Source: Amoebophrya sp. A120
Taxonomy: Eukaryota; Protista; Dinoflagellata
Direction of reading: 5' to 3'
Assembly: GCA_905178155.1 (NCBI GenBank)
Contig: CAJINV010000001.1
Span: 7,547,506 to 7,611,505, forward strand
Length of the DNA: 64,000 nucleotides
How positions within the stretch are numbered: the first letter of the stretch is position 1; every line of letters starts with the position of its first letter. The notes under the pieces were generated by a model. It was not told the DNA's origin. It made no database searches and saw only the letters and a program-made list of their open reading frames with translations. This document shows, piece after piece, positions 49,205 through 61,335 of this stretch. A program made the translations under genes and the position numbers.

Positions 49205-50944
49205 ATGTTTGTCGTCTTGCACGTGATCCACCCACTCCTTGGCGAGCCAATCAAGGTGGACGTGAACACGAAGAAGCGCACGAGCCACTTGCGGCAAATC
49301 CTGGCCACCGAACACGGGATCGCGCGGACCAGCAAGCTTTTCGTCCGCAGCGTGGAGCTGGAGGAAAAGCCCCTGCAGGAGCAGGGCGTCCGGGACGGAA
49401 CGCAGGTGATGGTGAAGCTCCCCGAGCAGTTGACCATGACCAATCAGTCCAGCCCCCGAGGAGGTAATTATGGGTCCGGTTCTCCGCGGCAAATGCACCG
49501 TCGGAACCGGCAGGAAACCTCCTCGAGTCCGATGACCACTAGAAATCACGACTTTTCCGCCATGTTTGCCTCGCCGCTTCACGGCGGCACAACAGCGGCT
49601 CAGGGAAACCCTAGTTCCACCAGCACAGAGCAGCTGTTCGCGCTACCGCCGCACTTGCAGATGTTGCAGAGCCACTTGGAGCGGAACCCGGAGGTGCTGC
49701 AGCAGATGCTAAGTTCGCCCGCGATGATGACTTTGCTGAACGACCCAGATTTGCTGTTTTCCGCCTTCAACCCCTCGACTCGCGAGGCGGTCCAGAACGT
49801 GCAGCAGATGGCCGCGCGGCAGGAGCAGGCGAACTTGAAGAAGAAGAAGAAGAAAAACGGGCAGCAACAGCTGGTCAACCCCTTCGCCAAGTACGGCTAC
49901 GGGGACAATAAAACCGCGAAGAAGCTAGACTTCGGCGACGGTGTGGACTGGACAGTAGAGGGGAATCATGAGAAAAAAGTCTACGACCCGCTGTTGCAGC
50001 TCAACCCCGAGATGCACGAGCAAGTGCGGCTGGACTTCCGCGACCCGGGCGCCGTGCGTGACAATCTGCTGCAGATCGAGCAGGGTTTCGGCAGTTTGCT
50101 GGACGGTGGGGACAAGTTGAAAAAGGTCACCAACCTGTACGACGGAAAGTTTTTGCTAAGAGAACTGGAGATAGAGGACGAGGGGGAAGAGCTGCAGCAG
50201 AATTATGCGGCGAAGCCAAACGGGTACGGGGCAAACCCGATCTCAATTGACGAGTATAACAAAAGCAATACAACGAACGGAAATAATCGCGACGACGCTC
50301 CCGCCTACGACCCGAACGCCATCGCCTCGCTGCTGCAGGACAAGACACTGCAGGCGCTGCTGAGCCAGTTCATGGAGGTGGCGGAGCGGAAGAACGCCCA
50401 ACTCGCGGACCCGCAATTGGTGGCGACGCTGTTCGACCCGCGCACGATGGAGGCCTGCGAGGCGGTCGAGAAGGCCGTCGGGGATCTGCAGGAGGAGGGG
50501 ATCGGGAAGAGGAAAAGAAGTGCGGCAGTGAACTTTGACCAGACCAGCATTGCCTCCAGCGCCGGGACAGGGACCACGACGAGTCAGGGCACTTCTACTG
50601 CGAACGGACACGGTAAGAAAAAAGGCAAAAGTCTACTTCGTGTTGGCGATGAGGAGCTGCAACAACAGCAGCAGCACAAAGCGGCCTTGATGAACAACTA
50701 CATGCGGAATCTGGATTCCATCGCGGAGTTGGACAAGCGGGGCGAGTTTTCCTCGAAGTTCGGAATTTTTCTGGAAGCGAACCAGAACAACCCGGAGAAT
50801 TTTTACAAGTCGCAGCTGCAAAAAATGCGCAACGCGGGTTTTTTAGACACGCAGACGAACATCGCGGCCTTGGATCGCAACGACGGCAAGGTGCAGCGGG
50901 CAATCGAAGCGCTGTTGCTCGAACAAACGAGGTGCTATGGCTAA
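49205..50944 (+). CDS. Ubiquilin/Dsk2-like protein (UBL, STI1-like, UBA)
   Basis: N-terminal ubiquitin-like ELEEKPLQEQGVRDGTQVMV; NPEVLQQMLSSPAM; C-terminal YKSQLQKMRNAGFLDTQTNIAALDRNDGKVQRAIEALL. Confidence 0.85.
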   Translation: MFVVLHVIHPLLGEPIKVDVNTKKRTSHLRQILATEHGIARTSKLFVRSVELEEKPLQEQGVRDGTQVMVKLPEQLTMTNQSSPRGGNYGSGSPRQMHRRNRQETSSSPMTTRNHDFSAMFASPLHGGTTAAQGNPSSTSTEQLFALPPHLQMLQSHLERNPEVLQQMLSSPAMMTLLNDPDLLFSAFNPSTREAVQNVQQMAARQEQANLKKKKKKNGQQQLVNPFAKYGYGDNKTAKKLDFGDGVDWTVEGNHEKKVYDPLLQLNPEMHEQVRLDFRDPGAVRDNLLQIEQGFGSLLDGGDKLKKVTNLYDGKFLLRELEIEDEGEELQQNYAAKPNGYGANPISIDEYNKSNTTNGNNRDDAPAYDPNAIASLLQDKTLQALLSQFMEVAERKNAQLADPQLVATLFDPRTMEACEAVEKAVGDLQEEGIGKRKRSAAVNFDQTSIASSAGTGTTTSQGTSTANGHGKKKGKSLLRVGDEELQQQQQHKAALMNNYMRNLDSIAELDKRGEFSSKFGIFLEANQNNPENFYKSQLQKMRNAGFLDTQTNIAALDRNDGKVQRAIEALLLEQTRCYG

Positions 50945-51879
50945 AAAAGGTTGTGTAGTTGGAAACTTTTGGAATGGCATGCATAGTAGCACAAGATCTA
51001 TATTATGACCACTTTGATATTCACTTCATGCCGGTTTGCATGATTCACATAGACTTCGCGCCAGGTTTTTTTCACTCTTTTTTGCGTCAGACATTCATTG
51101 GAGCGAAGCATGAACCCCGGCATTCATATTTCACAGAATGAACAAAGCTCAAGCTGCTTACTAAATTCTTTGACGGAGGAGTAGTTCGTGACGTCGATTG
51201 AAAACTCTGAATTTATCATGCATGTATTGAACGAAGTCGAAGGTCTCGAGGAAGACCGAGTCCGCGGGACAGGCGTGGTGCTTGAGTTATAAGGCAAACA
51301 CGTAGATCTTCTAGATTACTTAAAAGTTCGCATTTGCACATGGAAAATAGAAAAGATGTTCACGAGTAAGAAATAGACATGGAGGAAGCTCGCGAACTCG
51401 ATGCTGAGTTGCCTCCTGCGGTGTCACAAAAAGAGCACAGAGAAGCGACAGTAGAGTGTGACAGAGAGAGTGGAACCGCATCAAAGTCGCGTTCGTTCAG
51501 AGGCATTGATAAAGAGCAAGTAAAGACGCCAGCACGAAATGGAGACTTCATTTGGAAGGGACACGTAGGTGGCTCGACCTCGAGTGTATCAAATCAATTC
51601 CTCATCTTTCTCGATACATGTTCTTTGAGGAGTAGGGCTTTGAAATTTGAATTTCGAAGGCTCGGTCTGTACCGTCGAAGAAGATACAAATAGAAAAAAC
51701 TGCAGCGCGCTATTTTGAGCGATGGCAGGGACGCGAGAAGAACGTCGAGTCACTTAGTACTTGGACCTAGAAGTTGTAGAATATTTGTAATTTTGCACCG
51801 AAGAGACTTAGAGGAAGGAAGAGGATAATCTAAGGGGACTGCCTCGAATTGATTTACATCATCACTTCTGATTTTGCAG

Positions 51880-54800
51880 ACTTTACTATCTCGGTTTCTG
51901 TGCAGCAGGCGGGAATAAAGGGTGCAGCGGCATCCCTTGCAGGGAAAAACTTGACGCCGCAACGCCGGATTACAACGAGAACAATCGTGAGCTGATTTTC
52001 GTCGCAGGGATGGATGCTATTACAGACCCAGCTGCTCTGGTGAAGGACGCGCGCCGCCCCCTTGCAGAACCTTCGAGGCCCCAACAGTCGGACAGAAAGT
52101 ATGAAATTTTCGACACTGTTGCGGAGAGGGAGTGCCGCCCTGATTTGGACAAGCTAGATCGCATCCCGGGTAAGAGTGACGCACCGTGCAGGGGAAAGCA
52201 ATCCTGCGGAGCCTGGGACGAGATGGCTTACTACACGTCTGCGTTTGGTGATAAATCTGCAGCCCCTCTCAGAGAAAGACAGGAGGCTTGTACTACCATT
52301 GCGGGCGAAAACGCGGATGCCTACGATCCCAACGCATCCGCAACTGCTTACTTCTGGTCGCGTGGGAGGCGCGGCGGAGGCAGTTGCCGAACAACGTTCG
52401 CTGAGGCGGATCAGAAGTCGCCGAAGTCCAAGGAAAAAAGAGTGACAGGCGACCAGGCTCAGGGACTGGGTGCATTCCTGGAGGAATCTACGTGTGATCG
52501 AGAACAGGACGGACGGACGGACGGACGGACGTTGCAGCTGAACCTGGTGTATGGCCGCCCACTAAGCCATGCGGCCCGATAAACGCGATTGGAGTTTCGC
52601 GCTCGCAGAAAATCCCAATTTACCGGCATAACGACCTTCTGTACCGTAGAGTTTTTAGTAAGTACTCTGTTCTCATGAACGTGCGCAGCGCACGGGGGGT
52701 AGGATGACACGAGATAGTTCTGATTCGAAATGATGAAAATGATCGCGATGTTCTTCAAGCCGTTGCTTGCAAAGAAAATGAAGAGAACTGGACCTTTGAT
52801 GTGATTCCTTGGCTTGTGAAAAAACGGAAAAAATAAAAGGTGTACTAGTGGCTTGCCATTTCCGAATGACGAATTCGCACGGGAGGCCTGCGCTGGAGTC
52901 CGACCTGGAAATCGTTCGCAAGGCCTGTTGCGGGAATACGTTGAGTCACGGCCAGCTGAAGGGGAGACGGCTCTGCGCGAGACGTTCACTCCACGTGGGG
53001 CAACCACGACTGCACCGGGATCCGCGGTTGGGAGACAAGACTTATCGCGCACGACGGATGCCACGGTCGACAAGAAGAAGCTTCCGGCCAAGGTGCAGAT
53101 GTTGCTTGCTGCGGGGAAAGACAGCGGGAAGGGAGAAGAAGACGGGGAGAAGCAAGTACTGGCGGAAGAGATGCGGTCATGGAGGACAAGGACGACCCGC
53201 GACCACAGCGGCAAGCATGAGAGGGGCTGCGAGGGAAAAGGCAAATGTGGCTGCAGTGACAAGGAGTGTGCACGACGTGGAAGTTGGCACGGATTCGGCT
53301 TTTGGAACACGAAGAGTCTGGCGAAGCGCGACGGTGCTGAAAAACGCGATCAGGAACACGAGTTTAATGCTGAAGAACAAGAGTGCGGAGACAGCAAAAG
53401 AACAAGAAGACTTTTAGACGGCACGACGCCCCGAGCCCATCACTGTCGACATTGCGAGAAGGACGTGTGGGAGTCTGACGAGTTGAGGACCTCATGGCTG
53501 CCCACTGAGAACACAGGGATGAAATCGGTGTTCCTCGTGGATTTTTTGCGCTGCTCTCTGCAGAAAGGGCTTCGCAGCCCAGGCTACCATGCCGATGGAG
53601 TCTGCAGTGATGCTGCTCGTGACGATGCCTGTGATAGCGCTGCTGACCAGATTCCGATTGCTGGCATAACTCCTTGTGAAAAATTCCGGTTTGAAGGTAG
53701 CAGATCGAGATGCTTGGCTTCCAGCCACAGGTGCTGGCGCAGAGGTCGCAAGATTCTGTCACTGGACAGAGCCGGCTCCTTCGGCGAGGAAGACCCGAAG
53801 CTGTCGCTGCGATCCTGGAAGAGCGAGGGCACGCAGTCGGAGTACAAGTCTGCTGAAGATGTTGCAAGAGAAAATTTGTCCGGGTTGAAGATACAACATG
53901 GGGTTGCCGCTTCGTCTCGGTCTCTAGTGCAAAAGTTCAATACCAGAGGACGCAATCTCATCCGCAAGGCTACACACATCCGGTTCCGCGAGTCAAAGCA
54001 GTTGCACGTGCGGAACTGGCGCTTGAATGTGGGTGTTCTTCTTGTACTGCACGCAGTTCGGTGTTGCCAGACGGTTCTCTCGACCACTCCCAATCAAGAA
54101 CACGCGAAGCCGGAAAACAGTGGAGCTGCAAAAGAGCCCGCCCGGAACGAAGACGCATTGCTTGAGGATGATAGCACGAGTGCTGCTGGCCGGAGTGCGT
54201 CAGAGGCCAGCCAGGGAGCCGCCGAAGGATCTACGACGTTACATCTAGGAGAACAACCGGAAGCAACAAGAGGAGCCGTGCTGTCGTTCTCGCAAGAAGG
54301 ACGTAATTTCGTGCAGGCGCAAGTGTGCGACGCTGTTCAAGCAGACACGAAGACTCTGCAGATACTAAAAGATCTTCTTGATCAACATCAAAGCGGAGGA
54401 TCTTCGTCAGAAGGAGAAAGTTCAGTTGAAAGTAGCTCTGCCGACGAGAAGAGCAAGACTGGGCCATTGGTCGAGTACCTCCAGAAAAAACTCGTGGAGG
54501 CACCGGGGGGTACAAAGAGCGGTAAAGGCTGCATAAAAGCGGGCACTGTCGCACGTTCGCTCGAGCGCCTACTGTGCCAGGAAGAAAGCAACAAGGGCCA
54601 GGTGGGGAACGCACAGCGTAGTACAATCACAAGCAAGTTCTGCCTCAACGAGCTGGACGCGAAAAAAAAAGAAAATCAAAATCCACGAACTGAAGACGAA
54701 CTTGCCACAAGCCGGCAAAGAAAATGGTTTGAAGCGCTGCTAAAATTTCGTGGCGGACAGCGCGAAGCAGAAGCACAATTGAGGAACTCCTGGCATGAAA

Positions 54801-57370
54801 TATTTGGAGGACGAAGCGGCGAGACTCACCACATCGACGAACACTCGGGCTCGGAGTCCGAGTCGGACGAAAACTCAGACTCGAAGCCAAACTGGAAGAG
54901 GGTCGTAACGGAGTTCAACAAGGCAGAAGTACAGCACATTGAAAGTCGCTGTAACATCATTCCTGAAGTGCAAGAACCACAGTGCAAGCACATTTACCGA
55001 AGGGCCTTCGACCAAAGATTTCTCTTCAAAAATCGAGGAGGAGGACGTCGACAGTGGAATCGCGTGGAAATACAAGCACGAGCAGCACCCGATGCCCGCG
55101 TGTCCAATCATGGTGGGAACATTGACAAAAACGCTGCAGCTGCGAAGCCTTTTTTGGTAGTCTCCGTGCGTAGCAGGTCATTCGGACCCGGACGAATCGC
55201 GCAGCATCACTGGGTCAGGATTCTAGCCTTCAAAGACATTCAAGATCCGAATCCCAAGGCGTTGTACACATCTTTCGGAGGGTACGGAATGAGCTGCGAG
55301 CTTGCGGAGCTAGATCCTTCTTCAATTCCGGCGCTCCAACGCGCCAATGAAGATGAACAGGAGATGTTGCCACCTTTTTGCCGCGTTGCACACCTGGAGG
55401 TGACCACCGGGAAAGATGGAAAATGTTTTGGGAGGGACTTGAGACAGTGCGGTGATCGAGCAGAAGGGAAGTATCTTAAGCTTACAGAAGAAGTTCTCGA
55501 AGATTTTACTTCAGAGGATGAGGGGGAAGCTTTCCTTCTGTCGGCTCGAAAAGCTATGAGCCGGTTTGTTGAAAATATCAACTGGTCCTTTCGTCTATAC
55601 GATGAGGAGGAGAAGGAGGATGAGGAGGAGTTCGAGGAGAATGAACAAGTTGAAGTTCAAGACCAGGACCACTCGGAGTCTGCTACTCGGTCTTACAAAA
55701 CAGCGAGGAACGAGTTTTTTCAACAACTGGAAACGTCTTGGGGCCTGGAGCATGTTCTCGAAGACAATCAGGAGGAACTTTTGCAAAAGATCTTCGACGC
55801 CTTTCTCCTGGACAGGAACAACCCGAGAATGTTCGACGTCGACGGACGCATACTTTTTAGGAGAGGATCGAGCAAGCTCCAAACGATAAGCGAGTCGGTG
55901 GTTCCTGGTCTGACCCTCGACGACGCCTTAGTGGTTCTGCACTTCGCATACAGAACTTTCTTCCGAACTGGATACTCAGCGGCTGGCGAGTCAGGAAGTA
56001 ATCCGTCCCAGATCGAGCAATATATGGACTCTGCTGCGTCGCCCAAGAACTGCCAGTCGTACGCCCTCTTTCTGTTCAACTTCTTTTTCGACGATTCTGT
56101 TTGCAGAGCGCAGGCACAGGCAGCTCGTTTTCCTTACGAGAGTCTAGAGGGGAAGTTCTTTGTTTTCGACACGCGACAGAAAGGAATGCGGCACAAATTT
56201 GAACGTTTCTGGTCGGACATATCGTACTGGCAAGGGAACCTATTTTACAACGATGAGCCGCGTTGCCATCTCTACCAGGTGGCCAGTCCCGATCGCGGTG
56301 AAGGCTCGGCGGTGGTTGAATTTCCAGCAACCATTCCTCTGCGCATCCACCAACAGAAGGACGCCGAAGAAGCTGAAAGTGCGCGACTACTCGGAGAAAG
56401 TTCCACCTCCCCTGAAATTCGGGGCAGAAGAAATGCACGGAGAAGAAATGAGCAGTCGCAAGAAATGCACGGAAAAACAAAAAGCGAAGCTGAAACGGCC
56501 TTCGACCCCCAGGGCGCACTAGAGTTTGTGCCGACTTCTGAGCTGGCGGAGACGTCGCGAGCACCACCAGCACCGACCAGCCCTGTGCAGGACGTGCGCG
56601 AACAGCTGGCGAGCAGTACTCTGGAGCTCTCTGCTGCGCACGCCGACAGCCAGGATTCGGTTACCAGATCTTCCGCAGAAGCGTTTCAGTCGCCGCAGCA
56701 TCCTACTTCATCCACGACAGCCAGCAAAAGATCGACGGCAACATCGCCCACTGCTTCGGAAATCTCGTCGCAAGGCGACTTGAATGATCACGGTGCTCTC
56801 GAATCGTCTTCAGTCGATGCTGGTGTCGTGGAGGATTCCAATTCATTCCGCCCGAACCTACGGCAGGAAACGTCAGACGGAGTTGGTCGTGCGAAGGAAC
56901 ACCACTACACAGCTGACACTGGGTACTTGGATTTTCCCAGAGGAGCAGCAGCTTTCCTGCAGGAGTGCACACAAGGCTTCGACCGGGGCGGTTTGGTTTT
57001 CATCCTTGCGCTCTTCGGGTTCGCGGTATTCTGCTGTGTGTTGTCGAGCTTGCGTAGATGCGTTTGCGCTCTAGTGGAACGCTGTACGGGGGGCCGGATC
57101 GACATTTACCTCGGAGAGAACTGGTTCGCGCCGGGCAAGGAGGGTCAGCAACTTTTACCCACGCAGAATGAACCCGCGGCCGCGCGCACGAGCAGAGAGT
57201 ACTACGGAGCCGCTGGAAACACAGCAAATACAAGTACCAGTAGGTGTACCCGTAGTTACGCCGCGAAATGCGTCAAGCGGGGCGCCACAGAGTCAAGTTC
57301 GCAGGACGATATGCCGAACGCACAAACGAGCAGAGCCGCATCTGACCACGAGGAGGACGGCTTTCCGTAA
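51880..57370 (+). CDS. Large hypothetical protein with a C-terminal TM segment; the 1505-aa ORF (52853-57370) is probably joined to an upstream exon through intron 52549-52839, with further 5' exons possibly from 51379
   Basis: 4.5-kb uninterrupted ORF; TM GGLVFILALFGFAVFCCVL; a GT-AG join keeps frame with ORF 52010; no recognisable domain. Confidence 0.6.
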
Positions 57371-57480
57371 AGCCGGTCTGCAAGAACTATCACGAACCTA
57401 GCTGATCTTGACGGATTCGGTATCGATGCGCAGCAGAAGCAACCAGAAAGCAAGTGCTAATCTTTTCCTTTTCTCGTGAA

Positions 57481-57586
57481 AGCAGAAGTGTTCCACACCT
57501 CTGCAGATATTCTTACCTTCTTGGATCACTTAGTAGTATGTGCGAGGATTTTTCCCGCTCACCTTAACTAAGAAGCGCACACGCAA
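57481..57586 (+). mobile_element. Short retroposon-like insertion, copy 2 (106 bp) with 16-bp TSD
   Basis: Flanked by TTCCTTTTCTCGTGAA at 57465-57480 and 57587-57602; shares CTGCAGAT.TTCTTACCTT...GAGGATTTTTCCCGCTCACCTTAA...AGCGCACACG with copy 1. Confidence 0.8.
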
Positions 57587-58186
57587 TTCCTTTTCTCGTG
57601 AAGGATTGCGCGCCTTCACAGGCTGCTGGCACTAAACGGCTTTAGTGCTGTTCGTTACGAGTACAGGTCGAGGCACTTCATCGATTTGAAAATAAGTGCA
57701 TACGTACGACCGTTTGCATTTTTCGCAGACGGCAGCGATGCGACTCGTCGGAAGACCTCATCATTTAGGAGCTCCGGTTTTCGTTGTCGTCGCCGAAACA
57801 AAGCTCGATTGACAAAAGAGCGACTTTTTAAGAAGAGTTGTTGGTATTTGATCAGAGAAGTGGATGACTCGCAAAGGAATTCGTTGGATTCGCTGAGAAG
57901 ATCCGCAAAGCAGAAACGCGTTTTTTCGATTTTGCTTGGCTCGATGATTTGTTTGAACCCACCGAGGATACCTTGATTTGCTCGGAATTCAAAAAGTAGC
58001 TGCGGGACTTGATCGTCAGATCGTGAAGTAGAGGTACTTTGGTTTATAAATATACGTCTTTTCGTGAGTAGGACAAAAGTGCTCATCCCCACATACCTTA
58101 CTCAATCTGATTCGTCGCGAAAACACTTTTGTTCACGATCTGAAGCTGGAAGTGGAAACACTTGCTACTTCTCCTAGACAGAGAAA

Positions 58187-60989
58187 ATGAGTTGGGCTCG
58201 GAGCCAGCCCACGGGGCGGCTGCCTCCCGCAACGCGAACCACCGGTGCGAACAAGGGGGGTTCCGCCAAAGCGTCTGGTTTCAGCCGCACTCCAAGCCCG
58301 TCCTACAATCCGGGAAACCTCCGCGGACCGAAGGCAGCTACTGGCGCGGCCGCGCGGGGCGGCGTTTCGCGAGGCGCCACGTCAAGTCACACGGCCCTGG
58401 CTAACAAGCCCATCCCGCGTAGCGGAAACTTGAAGCAGTACTGGGAGCAGGATCTGTCGACCACTTTGATCCCGATGCGCGATCGCCTCGCGCCGATCGC
58501 GCGGAAGGCCGAACTCGACCAGAACGACCTGATGCACGCCGTCTGCGCGAAGAAGAAGAAGACCGACGCAGCGGAGGCGGAACGGGATAACGCCGAGGAA
58601 GAGTATCTCGCCTTCATATCGGAACAGGCCGCCTTTTGGAACGACTTGACCGAAGTGATCGCCAATCTTGAGGAGGAGAATGAAGCTAATGGGCCACAGG
58701 TGATCAACAGATGTTTATTCAGATCGTAACACAAGTACAGTGATTTCGCTCTGAGGAGGACGGACGCGAGGTTTTTTTTCGGTCAGCTGTTTCTTGTGAG
58801 GTATCCGTCTGAATGAATGACTCTGAAAATGAAAATGAACCAAATCAGAAAAGCTGCAAGTATCGAATTCATACCTCAGACTCGCCAGCTCCACGCCGCC
58901 AGTGTGGCTACCGAGGACGAGATACTGGATCTGCGGAAGGATAAGGAAGTGGCGAAGGAACGGGCGGACCACGCGAACAAGCGTTCCAAGCAGATGATTG
59001 CCGACATGGACGGATTCGGCAAGGAGATGAAGAAGCAAGAGGACGTCCTGAAGGAGGAGCGGAAACGCGCCACCGCGATGGCCGACAGCCTGCAGGAGGA
59101 CCGCGCCCACCTGACCGACCTGCGACACATGTGCCATTGCATCAGGAACAACGTCCAGGTCTTCTACGTGGGCAATTCCTGTCTCTCGTCCTCCTCCGCC
59201 TCGAGCGGCTGCGTCGCACCCTCGTCGTCGCCGATGAAAAGTACAGTTTTTCTTTGCGCCTACTTGTTGGAACTTGATTCGCCTGGTATGCATGTTCATT
59301 TGTTATGGTAGTGTTCTTCTGACTCTGCCTAAAACTACATTATGACCCCAATCTCTCTCGTCATTCACATCAGTTTCGGGCACGACTCCTCCGGCCGCGA
59401 GCCATGCTGGTACTACCGCGAACGGCACGCCGCGGGACCCGGCGCGCGCCGGGTCCGGCAAGGTGGTGAGTCCGGACGCGCTGGTGCAGCTTTCCTACAT
59501 GAACCGCGGCTGCGAAAGCAGCAAGGACAACTGGGTAAAGCCAGACGAGCACTGGTACAAGGACGAACTGTACCTGGAGCACTACACCACGGCGGAGTTG
59601 TATCGCACGAAAATTATAAAACTGTCTCCGTCTCAACTTGTAAAGCGGGTGTTGTTCCTTGAGACACTTTTGTGTCATGCTGAATGGACGTCGAAAGGTG
59701 TCTTTCGTAAGGCGTCTTGTTTTTGTGCCTGACGCAACATCACAAGTTTTGCGTGTCACGACGCTGGCCGAGTTCGTGTTTTATGCTGACCGAATTTGTG
59801 TTGCTGAGTCTGCAAATCAATATTTGAGACTGAAACTACATTTTTTTCGTACGATAAGTTGGTGGACTGCGGGCCCTGGGACGCGCACTACCAGTACATT
59901 AAGCAGCTGGAGGAGGAGTCCGCAACGGAGGACGTCGAGGACGAGGATGAGGACATGGATGCGTCTTCAGGCGGGGCGGACGAGGACCCTCGCAGCCCCG
60001 AGCCCAAGCTCACCGACGAGGAGCACCAGGAGCGGTTGGCACTGGGCCGGATCGCGGAGTTCGTGCTGCAGACGGAGCTACCCTACATCCGGGCCCGCAT
60101 GGAGCACTGCCACGGCTCGGCCGTGGTGCTGTTCTTCAAAAACAACCATAATTTTCCCGCCGCTTCGTCATCATCCAGTGCAGGAGTAGGAGATGTTTTC
60201 GCCAGCGGTGGGAACAACAACACGAACAACAGCAGTCAAGACAAGAGAGATGTTGAACCTGCGAACAGGGGCTTTTTGTTCGACACGGTGGCAAAGAATT
60301 TCGAGAAGTGCTTCCGCAACAATGCCACGCGCGAAAAGGACTACATCGTGCGGCAGCAGCCGTTCACGACGGGGGCCGGGCAGCCGGTGCTGACCAACAG
60401 CAAGCAGAAAGCGGCGCTCCGGCAGCAGATGCGGCAGGAGGCTGACCAGTACGTGTTCGAGGGGTATCGGGCAAGCAAGGTGAGCGCCAACCACATCTGT
60501 CTGCTCGGCAGCCGGAAGCGCAGCGCGCCCGCCGCCACCGGTGAGGACGTGGCGGAAGCCGCGATGAACCCCAGCGAGCAGAGCAGCTGCAGCCTGATTC
60601 AAGTAGACAGCGAGGAGGACCAGAAGGCGATTTGTGAAATCTTGCAGTCTTCACTGGCGACGAAAAAGAGCACCAGTTCTGCGAACGCCATGGCGTCGTG
60701 GGGGAACAACTCCAGTAGGGCCAGTGTGGATGGGCCGTTGAGCGGAGATGGCGCTGGTTCGCCGAGTGGCCAGGTCTTGCGGTTCCTGCGCCAGTTCTTC
60801 AGTGCGCCGGGAAAAGCAGTTTACGTCGCGATCATTGCAGAAAATCCGACGGTCCCCGTCCTCAGCCAGGCGCTGCGGCTGCGCGCCCTAGATTCGCGCG
60901 GCGGCCCCGCCCTCACAGAGCACGACCGGAGGGGAGACGCCTGCAAGGGGACAACGGAACACGAAAGAAAAAATGTTGTGAATACTTGA
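58187..60989 (+). CDS. Hypothetical coiled-coil protein; GT-AG introns 58700-58879 and 59286-59373 plus one introner (3' end uncertain)
   Basis: In-frame joins by eye; removing the introner gives HYTTAELVDCGPWDAHY. Confidence 0.7.
59601..59856. mobile_element. Introner/MITE-like element, family C, 256 bp
   Basis: Left TATCGCACGAAAA, right TTTTCGTACGATA (12/13 complementary), inner GTCTCAA/TTGAGAC pair; TSD AGTTG (59596-600, 59857-61); in-frame stop inside. Confidence 0.88.
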
Positions 60990-61237
60990 CTTGAAGGATT
61001 TTTTTGAGTTGAACAGGACTAGAGTCGGCTGATCAATAATACTTGTCTCGACCAGTAATGGCAAGACCACTGTCTGGCGCAAACCCTGTTTGTGTATTCC
61101 AGGGTCTCATCGCCTGACTAAAAGACTGAGAAGTTTCATCGGCCAGCCTTTGTGCTCGGAGAAAACTCATTAAAGATAAGGAAAAGCTCCGAAATTCAAG
61201 CAGGCCCAGTTCCTGGGATGCTTGTCAGAGTTTGTTG

Positions 61238-61335
61238 TTGCTGCCTGAAATGAGAAGATCGGTTGTTTGCCTGAAATGCTTGTCAGAGACCTGAAATGAG
61301 AAGATCGGTTGCTGCCTGAAATGCGAAGAGATCTG
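61238..61335. repeat. Degenerate local tandem repeat (CCTGAAATG...AAGATC)
   Basis: CCTGAAATG occurs four times and TGAGAAGATCGGTTG twice. Confidence 0.7.

Noticed and set aside
51587-51859. Possible sixth introner (TATCAAATCAATTC ... GAATTGATTTACAT)
   Set aside because: There is a 10-bp complementary core but no ATA end and no 5-bp TSD; at best a decayed relic
57505-57560. U1 snRNA-like start (TTCTTACCT) in the 16-bp-TSD element
   Set aside because: Only a 7-8 nt resemblance; too short, and no recognisable U1 stem-loops
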